IMG/VR virus record: IMGVR_UViG_2675903562_000009
Direction: 5' to 3' (one strand)
DNA: 22,290 bases
DNA from: a virus
Taxonomy: Duplodnaviria > Heunggongvirae > Uroviricota > Caudoviricetes
Notes under the pieces: generated by a model
Database searches by the model: none
What the model saw: only the letters and a program-made list of their open reading frames with translations
What the model was told of the DNA's origin: nothing
Made by a program: the position numbers and the translations under genes
Shown here: one piece after another, positions 15,460-22,290 of the stretch
Layout of the letters: each line of letters begins with the position of its first letter
Position numbering within the stretch: the stretch's first letter is position 1

Positions 15460-16509
15460 ATGACTAATACTGTAAAAATATCCAGTTGTGAGTTAATCAA
15501 CGCTGATTGCCTGAAATTTATCCAGACCTTACCGGAAAACTCTGTCGATCTGATAGTCACAGACCCGCCATACTTTAAAGTGAAGCCCGAGGGCTGGGAT
15601 AACCAGTGGGAGGGCGACGATGATTACCTGAAATGGCTGGACCAGTGTCTGGCGCAGTTCTGGCGGGTACTGAAGCCTGCCGGAAGTCTTTACCTGTTCT
15701 GTGGTCATCGCCTGGCATCTGACACCGAAATCATGATGCGTGAGCGCTTTAATGTGCTGAACCACATTATCTGGGCGAAGCCGTCCGGACGCTGGAACGG
15801 GTGCAATAAGGAAAGTCTGCGGGCGTATTTTCCGGCAACAGAGCGCATTCTGTTTGCAGAACATTATCAGGGACCGTATCGCCCGAAAGATGATGGCTAT
15901 GTGGCACAGGGGCGCGAGCTAAAACAGCACGTCATGGCCCCGCTGATTTCTTACTTTCGTGATGCGCGTAAATCACTGGGAATAACGTCAAAACAGATAG
16001 CGGAAGCCACCGGAAAGAAAAACATGGCTTCGCACTGGTTTGGTACCAGTCAGTGGCAGTTACCGAACGAGGGTGATTACAACAAATTGCAGGCGTTGTT
16101 TGCGCGTGTTGCGGCAGAAAAACATCAGCGCGGGGAACTGGAAAAGCCACACCACCAGCTGGTCAGCACATACAGTGAGCTGAACCGGCAGTACACGGAA
16201 CTGCTGAGTGAATATAAAAATTTGCGGCGGTATTTCGGTGTGACGGCGCAGGTTCCGTACACCGATGTCTGGACGCATAAACCGGTGCAGTACTATCCAG
16301 GAAAACATCCGTGCGAAAAACCGGCAGAAATGCTGCAGCAGATAATCAACGCGAGCAGTCGTCCGGGAGACCTGGTTGCAGATTTTTTTATGGGTTCAGG
16401 TTCAACGGTAAAAGCGGCGATGGCACTGGGGCGTTGTGCGATTGGTGTTGAGCTGGAGACAGGACGTTTTGAACAGACAGTCAGGGAAGTTCAGGATTTA
16501 ATCGTTTGA
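15460..16509 (+). CDS. Orphan DNA methyltransferase (N6-adenine/N4-cytosine class, beta-type motif order)
   Basis: 349 aa; motif IV DPPY (VTDPPYF) near the N-terminus and motif I FFMGSGST near the C-terminus; overall architecture like YhdJ-type enzymes. No restriction endonuclease gene is adjacent. Confidence 0.9.
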   Translation: MTNTVKISSCELINADCLKFIQTLPENSVDLIVTDPPYFKVKPEGWDNQWEGDDDYLKWLDQCLAQFWRVLKPAGSLYLFCGHRLASDTEIMMRERFNVLNHIIWAKPSGRWNGCNKESLRAYFPATERILFAEHYQGPYRPKDDGYVAQGRELKQHVMAPLISYFRDARKSLGITSKQIAEATGKKNMASHWFGTSQWQLPNEGDYNKLQALFARVAAEKHQRGELEKPHHQLVSTYSELNRQYTELLSEYKNLRRYFGVTAQVPYTDVWTHKPVQYYPGKHPCEKPAEMLQQIINASSRPGDLVADFFMGSGSTVKAAMALGRCAIGVELETGRFEQTVREVQDLIV

Positions 16510-16558
16510 AACGGATGAGATTGCAGAATTAATTACGCACCATTATTATTCTGCTCCC

Positions 16559-16634
16559 GGCCCTTTAGCTCAGTGGTGAGAGCGAGCGACTCATAATCGC
16601 CAGGTCGCTGGTTCAAATCCAGCAAGGGCCACCA
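16559..16634 (+). tRNA. tRNA with CAU anticodon; closely resembles E. coli tRNA-Ile2 (ileX-type, lysidine-dependent), Met not excluded
   Basis: 76 nt with perfect 7-bp acceptor stem (GGCCCTT/AAGGGCC), D-arm GCTCAGTGGTGAGAGC, anticodon loop CTCATAA, T-loop TTCAAAT and encoded CCA. Confidence 0.85.
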
Positions 16635-16635
16635 A

Positions 16636-16712
16636 CCGTCACCAGTTCATCAGGAAAGAGCGTCAACCCTTTAAGTTGAGTGTGCGAGGTTCGAGTCCTC
16701 GGTGGCGGGCCA
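16636..16712 (+). tRNA. Non-canonical tRNA-like gene (anticodon loop CCTTTAA, nominal UUU) or tRNA pseudogene
   Basis: Acceptor stem CCGTCAC/GTGGCGG (one G-U), T-arm CGAGG-TTCGAGT-CCTCG and encoded CCA, but C at positions 8 and 33 and an atypical D-arm. Begins 1 nt after the preceding tRNA. Confidence 0.45.
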
Positions 16713-16714
16713 GT

Positions 16715-16790
<76 letters not shown>

Positions 16791-16793
16791 TAT

Positions 16794-16868
<75 letters not shown>

Positions 16869-17142
16869 GCATTTGAAATAAGCCTTATTGTATTGCAGCA
16901 CTGGCGTATTTTTTATTACGTGGGAGCAGGTTGTTTTAAGAGACATTCTGTTCTCTGGCTATGATTTGAGGCCAGGTTAGCCTCAGTGCTGATTTTTTTT
17001 ACGACAGCAGAATGGTGCATTATCGGTGGAGATTTTGTATTTCCTGGCAGGGTCGGTAATGCATCATTCTGATGTTGTAAGCATCGCTCAGAATAACGTT
17101 GAGATTAATCGCGTACTAAGCAAAACTTGGAAATACATCCTT

Positions 17143-17168
17143 AACCGCCGCACCAGGCGGTTTTTTTT
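17143..17168 (+). terminator. Rho-independent terminator
   Basis: AACCGCC-GCACCA-GGCGGTT followed by eight T. Confidence 0.75.
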
Positions 17169-17183
17169 ATTCATTTTTTTCAT

Positions 17184-17206
17184 GGCTCGCTACGGCGGGC
17201 CTTTTT
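17184..17206 (+). terminator. Rho-independent terminator (second of a stack)
   Basis: GGCTCGC-TACG-GCGGGCC followed by TTTTT. Confidence 0.55.
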
Positions 17207-17292
17207 CATATCCTCGCCACACCCGGCGCATATCACATCAAATAACGCCGCGCAAAAGGCATCTGCGGGCGCCTTTGACGGGGTGTTTTTAC

Positions 17293-17314
17293 GGGCCGCT
17301 GGTGGCCCTTTTTT
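17293..17314 (+). terminator. Rho-independent terminator (third of a stack), 20 nt upstream of the next start codon
   Basis: GGGCC-GCTGGT-GGCCC followed by TTTTTT. Confidence 0.65.
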
Positions 17315-17333
17315 ATTTACAGGAGAAAAACGT

Positions 17334-18746
17334 ATGTCTGAACCCTTATCTGGTTCCGGCACGGCTGCGGCGCTCGGTGGGGCGACGGTATTCGGGCTGT
17401 TTACCGGAACGGATTTCGGGATTGTGTTTGGTGCGTTCGCCGGGGCGTTATTTGTGGCAACGATGCCGCAGGCGCTTTCAATCTGGCGTGTGGTGGCGCA
17501 TTTTTTGGTGTCGTTTATCGTCGGCGTGCTGGGGGCGCGCGTGCTGTCAGCCTGGATTGCATCAAAAACAGGGTATGACGGTACATCGGCAGATGCGCTG
17601 TGTGCGGTGCTGGTATCGGTGGTGTCGGTGAAGATTGCGGATATCAGGCAGGTTGAAACCACAGCACGCTATCTTGGCACGGCGCTGTACTGGATAGCCG
17701 CCAGTATCAATATCAGGCCGGGCCATAATTATTATTTTTACGTTCGCAGTGTGAACACCGTTGGCAAATCGGCATTCGTGGAGGCTGTTGGTCAGCCGAG
17801 TGATGACGCATCCGGCTATCTGGATTTTTTCAAAGGCGAGATAGGGAAAACCCATCTGGCTCAGGAGCTGTGGACGCAGATTGATAACGGTCAGCTTGCG
17901 CCTGACCTGGCTGAAATCAGGACATCCATTACGGATGTCAGCAATGAAATCACACAGACCGTCAATAAGAAACTGGAAGACCAGAGTGCAGCGATCCAGC
18001 AGATACAGAAGGTTCAGGTTGATACAAATAATAACCTGAACAGCATGTGGGCTGTGAAGCTGCAGCAGATGCAGGACGGACGCCTTTATATCGCGGGTAT
18101 CGGTGCCGGTATTGAGAATACGCCAGCAGGCATGCAGAGTCAGGTGCTGCTGGCGGCAGACAGGATTGCGATGATTAATCCTGCGAATGGCAACACAAAG
18201 CCGATGTTTGTTGGTCAGGGCGATCAGATATTCATGAACGAAGTGTTCCTGAAATATCTGACGGCTCCCACCATTACCAGCGGCGGTAATCCTCCGGCAT
18301 TTTCCCTGACACCGGACGGAAAGCTGACCGCTAAAAATGCGGATATCAGTGGCAGTGTGAATGCGAACTCCGGGACGCTCAACAACGTCACGATTAACGA
18401 GAACTGCCGGGTTCTGGGAAAACTGTCCGCGAACCAGATTGAAGGCGATCTCGTTAAAACAGTGGGCAAAGCTTTCCCCCGGGACTCCCGTGCACCGGAG
18501 CGGTGGCCATCAGGGACCATTACCGTCAGGGTTTATGACGATCAGCCGTTTGACCGGCAAATTGTTATTCCGGCGGTGGCATTCAGTGGCGCTAAGCATG
18601 AGAGAGAGCATACTGATATTTACTCCTCATGCCGTCTGATAGTGCGGAAAAACGGTGCTGAAATTTATAACCGTACCGCGCTGGATAATACGCTGATTTA
18701 CAGTGGCGTTCCCGCCGTCACATGCCGGGACCATCACCGTGTATGA
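17334..18746 (+). CDS. Chimeric ORF: about 100-aa hydrophobic N-terminus joined to a C-terminal fragment resembling tail-tip host-specificity protein J; likely a deletion remnant
   Basis: ATG 17334 with AGGAGA SD. First ~100 aa contain three hydrophobic stretches. From about [42 protein letters not shown] onward the sequence parallels the C-terminal third of lambda J as remembered ([42 protein letters not shown]). Confidence 0.6.
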   Translation: MSEPLSGSGTAAALGGATVFGLFTGTDFGIVFGAFAGALFVATMPQALSIWRVVAHFLVSFIVGVLGARVLSAWIASKTGYDGTSADALCAVLVSVVSVKIADIRQVETTARYLGTALYWIAASINIRPGHNYYFYVRSVNTVGKSAFVEAVGQPSDDASGYLDFFKGEIGKTHLAQELWTQIDNGQLAPDLAEIRTSITDVSNEITQTVNKKLEDQSAAIQQIQKVQVDTNNNLNSMWAVKLQQMQDGRLYIAGIGAGIENTPAGMQSQVLLAADRIAMINPANGNTKPMFVGQGDQIFMNEVFLKYLTAPTITSGGNPPAFSLTPDGKLTAKNADISGSVNANSGTLNNVTINENCRVLGKLSANQIEGDLVKTVGKAFPRDSRAPERWPSGTITVRVYDDQPFDRQIVIPAVAFSGAKHEREHTDIYSSCRLIVRKNGAEIYNRTALDNTLIYSGVPAVTCRDHHRV

Positions 18747-21480
18747 AGATTCCCGACCCGGTACGCTGAATGATTTTCTCGGTGCCATGACGGAGGATGA
18801 TGCCCGTCCGGAGGCACTGCGCCGTTTTGAACTGATGGTGGAAGAGGTGGCGCGTAACGCGTCCGCAGTGGCACAGAACACGGCAGCCGCGAAGAAGTCA
18901 GCCAGTGATGCCAGCACATCAGCCCGTGAGGCGGCAACCCATGCGACTGATGCTGCAGGCTCAGCACGCGCAGCCAGCACGTCAGCCGGACAGGCCGCGT
19001 CGTCGGCTCAGTCAGCGTCTTCCAGCGCAGGAACGGCATCGACAAAGGCCAGTGAAGCAGCGAAAAGTGCTGCTGCTGCAGAGTCATCAAAAAGCGCGGC
19101 AGCTACCAGCGCCAGTGCCGCGAAAACGTCAGAAACGAATGCCGCAGCATCACAAAAATCGGCAGCCACTTCTGCATCCACAGCGACCACGAAGGCGTCA
19201 GAAGCTGCCACCTCGGCACGGGGGGCGGCGGCCTCAAAAGAGGCAGCGAAATCATCAGAAACGAATGCATCATCAAGTGCCAGTAGTGCAGCTTCCTCGG
19301 CAACGGCGGCAGGAAATTCCGCGAAGGCGGCAAAGACGTCTGAGACAAACGCTAAGTCTTCTGAAACGGCAGCAGCACAGAGTGCCTCAGCTGCGGCAGG
19401 TTCAAAAACAGCGGCTGCATCGTCGGCCAGTGCCGCGTCAACAAGTGCCGGGCAGGCCTCAGCCAGTGCCACCGCCGCCGGAAAATCGGCAGAAAGCGCC
19501 GCATCATCCGCTTCAACAGCCACAACGAAGGCTGGCGAAGCCACTAAGCAAGCCACTGCAGCAGCGAGGTCTGCTTCTGCAGCAAAAACCTCTGAAACAA
19601 ATGCAAAGACTTCAGCAGACAATGCTGCTTCCTCTAAGGCGGCAGCCGCATCGTCCGCTGGTTCAGCGGCGTCATCGGCATCATCTGCGTCTGCTTCAAA
19701 AGATGAGGCGACCAGACAAGCGTCAGCAGCGAAAGGTAGTGCCACGACAGCAACAACGAAAGCATCAGAGGCGGCAGGCAGTGCGACGGCTGCATCTCAG
19801 AGCAAAGTTGCTGCTGAATCCGCGGCAACGCGTGCCGAAACAGCAGCAAAACGGGCAGAGGATATTGCTGATGCCGTATCTCTGGAAGATGCGAGCACGA
19901 CGAAAAAAGGTGTGGTTCAGCTCAGCAGTGCGACCAACAGCACTTCCGAGTCACTGGCGGCAACACCAAAGGCAGTAAAGGCAGCATATGACCTTGCTAA
20001 CGCAAAATATACCGCTCAGGATGCAACGACGGCACGAAAAGGGATAGTTCAGCTCAGTAGCGCCACTAACAGCCCGTCTGAAACGCTGGCTGCGACACCA
20101 AAAGCGGTTAAGGCGGTAATGGATGAAACGAACAAGAAAGCGCCTTTAAACAGTCCTGCGCTGACCGGAACGCCAACAACGCCAACTGCGCCAAAAGGGA
20201 CTAATAATACTCAGATCGCAAGCACGGCTTATGTGATGGCCGCGATTGCCGCACTTGTAGACTCGTCGCCTGACGCACTGAATACGCTGAACGAGCTGGC
20301 GGCGGCGCTGGGAAACGACCCGAATTTTGCGACCACCATGACTAACGCGCTTGCGGGTAAGCAACCGAAAGATGCCACCCTGACGGCGCTGGCCGGGCTT
20401 GCTACTGCGGCAGACAGGTTTCCGTATTTTACGGGGAATGATGTCGCCAGCCTGGCAACCCTGACAAAAGTCGGGCGGGATATTCTTGCGAAATCGACCG
20501 TTGCCGCTGTTATCGAATACCTCGGTTTACAGGAAACGGTAAGTCAGGCTTCTGGCGCATTACAGAAAAACCAGAACGGCGCAGATATTCCAGGAAAAGA
20601 TACCTTCACCAAAAATATTGGTGCCTGCCGCGCATATAGCTCATGGCTGAATATTGGTGGCGATAGTCAGGTCTGGACAACCGCGCAATTTATTTCGTGG
20701 CTGGAGAGTCAGGGGGCATTTAACCATCCTTACTGGATGTGCAAAGGCTCATGGGCTTATGCAAATAATAAGGTCATTACAGATACAGGTTGCGGAAATA
20801 TTTGTCTTGCAGGTGCTGTGGTGGAAGTTATTGGCACTCGCGGCGCAATGACCATACGCGTTACTACGCCGAGCACGTCCAGCGGTGGCGGAATTACTAA
20901 CGCTCAATTCACTTATATTAATCATGGTGATGCTTACGCTCCTGGCTGGCGACGAGACTACAACACGAAAAACCAGCAGCCTGCATTTGCTTTAGGGCAA
21001 ACAGGACGCAGGGTCGCAAATGATAAAGCTGTTGGCTGGAACTGGAATAGCGGTGTTTATGATGCAGATATCAGTGGTGCATCGACATTAATCCTCCACT
21101 TCAATATGAATGCGGGGAGTTGCCCTGCTGTACAGTTCCGCGTGAATTACAGGAACGGCGGTATTTTTTATCGTTCAGCGCGTGATGGTTATGGCTTTGA
21201 AGCTAACTGGTCAGAGTTTTACACCACAACACGCAAACCCTCTGCGGGGGATGTTGGTGCATATACGCAGGCAGAATGTAACTCAAGGTTTATTACAGGT
21301 ATTCGCCTTGGCGGTCTGTCATCTGTTCAGACATGGAAAGGCCCCGGCTGGTCTGACAGGTCAGGTTATGTCGTTACGGGTTCAGTTAACGGAAACCGTG
21401 ATGAATTAATTGATACAACTCAGGCAAGGCCAATTCAGTATTGCATTAATGGGACGTGGTATAACGCGGGGAGTATTTAA
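18703..21480 (+). CDS. stf: Side tail fibre protein (Stf/StfR-like), lacking the usual N-terminal about 55 aa
   Basis: 925-aa ORF. Begins at a GTG with no SD, exactly at the conserved [15 protein letters not shown] motif; long Ala/Ser-rich repeat region; duplicated KKG(V/I)[21 protein letters not shown] module; C-terminal domain with YRNGG(I/L)FYRS(A/S)RDGYGFE. Opposite-strand and alternate-frame ORFs here are artefacts. Confidence 0.85.
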   Translation: MAFPPSHAGTITVYEDSRPGTLNDFLGAMTEDDARPEALRRFELMVEEVARNASAVAQNTAAAKKSASDASTSAREAATHATDAAGSARAASTSAGQAASSAQSASSSAGTASTKASEAAKSAAAAESSKSAAATSASAAKTSETNAAASQKSAATSASTATTKASEAATSARGAAASKEAAKSSETNASSSASSAASSATAAGNSAKAAKTSETNAKSSETAAAQSASAAAGSKTAAASSASAASTSAGQASASATAAGKSAESAASSASTATTKAGEATKQATAAARSASAAKTSETNAKTSADNAASSKAAAASSAGSAASSASSASASKDEATRQASAAKGSATTATTKASEAAGSATAASQSKVAAESAATRAETAAKRAEDIADAVSLEDASTTKKGVVQLSSATNSTSESLAATPKAVKAAYDLANAKYTAQDATTARKGIVQLSSATNSPSETLAATPKAVKAVMDETNKKAPLNSPALTGTPTTPTAPKGTNNTQIASTAYVMAAIAALVDSSPDALNTLNELAAALGNDPNFATTMTNALAGKQPKDATLTALAGLATAADRFPYFTGNDVASLATLTKVGRDILAKSTVAAVIEYLGLQETVSQASGALQKNQNGADIPGKDTFTKNIGACRAYSSWLNIGGDSQVWTTAQFISWLESQGAFNHPYWMCKGSWAYANNKVITDTGCGNICLAGAVVEVIGTRGAMTIRVTTPSTSSGGGITNAQFTYINHGDAYAPGWRRDYNTKNQQPAFALGQTGRRVANDKAVGWNWNSGVYDADISGASTLILHFNMNAGSCPAVQFRVNYRNGGIFYRSARDGYGFEANWSEFYTTTRKPSAGDVGAYTQAECNSRFITGIRLGGLSSVQTWKGPGWSDRSGYVVTGSVNGNRDELIDTTQARPIQYCINGTWYNAGSI
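18880..19900 (+). repeat. Coding low-complexity tandem repeats (Ala/Ser/Thr-rich fibre shaft)
   Basis: Recurring DNA units such as GCGAAAACGTCAGAAACGAATGC / GCAAAGACGTCTGAGACAAACGC encoding AKTSETNA-type motifs. Confidence 0.7.
20511..20536. other. gix/pix/cix-like crossover site for a Gin/Pin-family DNA invertase, inside stf
   Basis: TTATCGAATACCTCGGTTTACAGGAA differs at about 2 positions from the Mu gix sequence as remembered (TTATCCAAAACCTCGGTTTACAGGAA); it lies in the codons for [10 protein letters not shown], the conserved constant/variable boundary of invertible tail-fibre genes. Confidence 0.7.
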
Positions 21481-21482
21481 CG

Positions 21483-22016
21483 ATGATGCACTTAAAAAAC
21501 ATTACTGCTGGCAACCCTAAAACAAAAGAGCAATACCAGCTAACAAAGCAATTTAACATCAAATGGCTTTATTCAGATGATGGAAAAAACTGGTATGAGG
21601 AACAAAAGAATTTCCAGCCAGACACTTTGAAAATGGTCTATGACCATAACGGCGTTATTATTTGTATTGAAAAGGATGTTTCAGCAATTAATCCAGAGGG
21701 TGCAAGCGTCGTTGAATTACCTGATATTACAGCAAATCGCCGGGCTGATATTTCGGGGAAATGGATGTTCAAAGATGGCGTAGTGATAAAGCGAACTTAT
21801 ACCGAGGAAGAGCAGAGGCAACAAGCGGAAAATGAAAAGCAAAGCCTGTTGCAACTTGTCAGGGATAAAACCCAGCTATGGGACTCACAGCTACGGCTGG
21901 GCATCATTTCCGACGAGAATAAACAAAAATTAACCGAGTGGATGCTCTATGCGCAGAAAGTCGAATCTACAGACACCTCCAGCCTGCCAGTAACATTTCC
22001 AGAACAACCAGCATGA
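21483..22016 (+). CDS. tfa: Tail fibre assembly protein (Tfa family)
   Basis: 177 aa immediately after stf (GGGGAG SD); C-terminal pattern EEQRQQAE...L.EW..Y...V...DTSS.P..FPEQP typical of Tfa chaperones. Confidence 0.8.
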   Translation: MMHLKNITAGNPKTKEQYQLTKQFNIKWLYSDDGKNWYEEQKNFQPDTLKMVYDHNGVIICIEKDVSAINPEGASVVELPDITANRRADISGKWMFKDGVVIKRTYTEEEQRQQAENEKQSLLQLVRDKTQLWDSQLRLGIISDENKQKLTEWMLYAQKVESTDTSSLPVTFPEQPA

Positions 22017-22021
22017 AACAA

Positions 22022-22046
22022 GGCCCGATAGCGGGCCTTAATTTTT
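22022..22046. terminator. Hairpin between convergent tfa genes (probable bidirectional terminator)
   Basis: GGCCCG-ATAG-CGGGCC followed by TTAATTTTTATT on the plus strand and by a short T-containing tract on the minus strand. Confidence 0.5.
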
Positions 22047-22290
22047 ATTCAGGCTTTTGTGGCCATTCAGGATTTGCCGTATCCACACGGCTGACCAGAA
22101 CACTGTAGCGTCCCCATGCTTCCAGTCGTGTGCGTTCCTCGTCTGTTGCCATATTCAGCCTGACAGCGCGTTCCAGCGGCCGAATAACGCTTTCTGCTTC
22201 GGAAAGTAACGCGGCCTTTTGTGATTCGGCCTGTTGTTGCTGTTCGTCAGCCGTATAAATCCGTTTAACGACTGCGTCGTCCTTAAACAT
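22045..22290 (-). CDS. Inverted second tfa-like gene, 5' part beyond window end (alternate tail-fibre cassette)
   Basis: Minus-strand ORF whose product ([21 protein letters not shown]...[26 protein letters not shown]) parallels the C-terminal half of the plus-strand Tfa; the ATG at the window edge corresponds to an internal Met of the plus-strand Tfa, so the gene probably extends past 22290. Confidence 0.7.
   Translation of the reverse strand: MFKDDAVVKRIYTADEQQQQAESQKAALLSEAESVIRPLERAVRLNMATDEERTRLEAWGRYSVLVSRVDTANPEWPQKPE

Noticed and set aside
15251-15463. 70-aa ORF spanning the HTH-gene/methyltransferase intergenic region
   Set aside because: It crosses the end of one gene and the start of the next, with no SD and a composition unlike a protein; more likely promoter/leader sequence.
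16869-17333. Expected lysis cassette (holin/endolysin/Rz) or toxin cargo such as stx downstream of the tRNAs
   Set aside because: No ORF with such features is present; the spacer contains only terminator hairpins. Recorded as an absence, supporting the deletion interpretation.
17026-17662. ORF 17026..17631 (+) and ORF 17180..17662 (-)
   Set aside because: The plus ORF reads straight through three intrinsic terminators and is Arg/Cys-rich; the minus ORF is antisense to the hydrophobic N-terminus of the 17334 gene.
18880-19900. Possible CRISPR-like array, suggested by the short tandem repeats
   Set aside because: The repeats are in-frame coding repeats of the fibre shaft, imperfect, with no repeat-spacer periodicity and no cas genes.
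18224-19978. ORFs 18224..18520 (-), 18361..18639 (+), 18627..18980 (-), 18734..19090 (-), 19008..19745 (-), 18905..19978 (+), 19103..19348 (-), 19634..19849 (-)
   Set aside because: Alternative-frame or antisense products of the J-like and Stf genes; the repetitive GC-rich Ala/Ser-coding shaft stays open in several frames (e.g. the Arg/Gln/Pro-rich 357-aa and Ala/Asp-rich 245-aa products).

Overview
This 22.3-kb window is a slice of a lambdoid prophage (a mosaic of Rac/Qin/P22/Stx-phage-like modules) in an E. coli-type enterobacterial genome; it looks defective. All calls come from reading the sequence and the ORF track by hand; no searches were run, and protein-family identifications rest on remembered sequences and motifs. 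Left to right: (1) a leftward early operon ending in a large RecE-like exonuclease gene that runs off the window start, plus small kil-region ORFs; (2) an immunity region with a CI-type repressor (minus strand) and a P22-type Cro (plus strand), flanked by GTAAC-N4-GTTAC operators; (3) a YdaT/CII-like gene and a replication module (HTH initiator with internal iteron-like repeats, DnaC-like loader); (4) a nin-like region carrying a hok/gef-like type I toxin and a Doc/Fic-like toxin with a small upstream partner ORF, a DUF968/HNH-like protein, RusA and a Q-like candidate followed by a promoter/terminator pair; (5) an AT-rich cargo island at the classic late-region moron site: a Hanks-type Ser/Thr kinase translationally coupled to a PP2C-type phosphatase, a small HTH protein, an orphan DNA methyltransferase and four tRNA genes; (6) stacked intrinsic terminators; (7) tail-module remnants: a chimeric ORF with a J-like C-terminus, an N-terminally truncated Stf-like side tail fibre containing a gix/pix-like inversion site, Tfa, and an inverted tfa fragment at the window end. 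No lysis, head, tail-shaft or integrase genes are present. The most interesting items are the kinase/phosphatase pair (candidate phage-exclusion or host-manipulation module), the repressor carrying Ala at the expected S24 nucleophilic Ser, the Doc-like toxin with an unrecognised partner, the invertible tail-fibre segment, and the deletion junctions.
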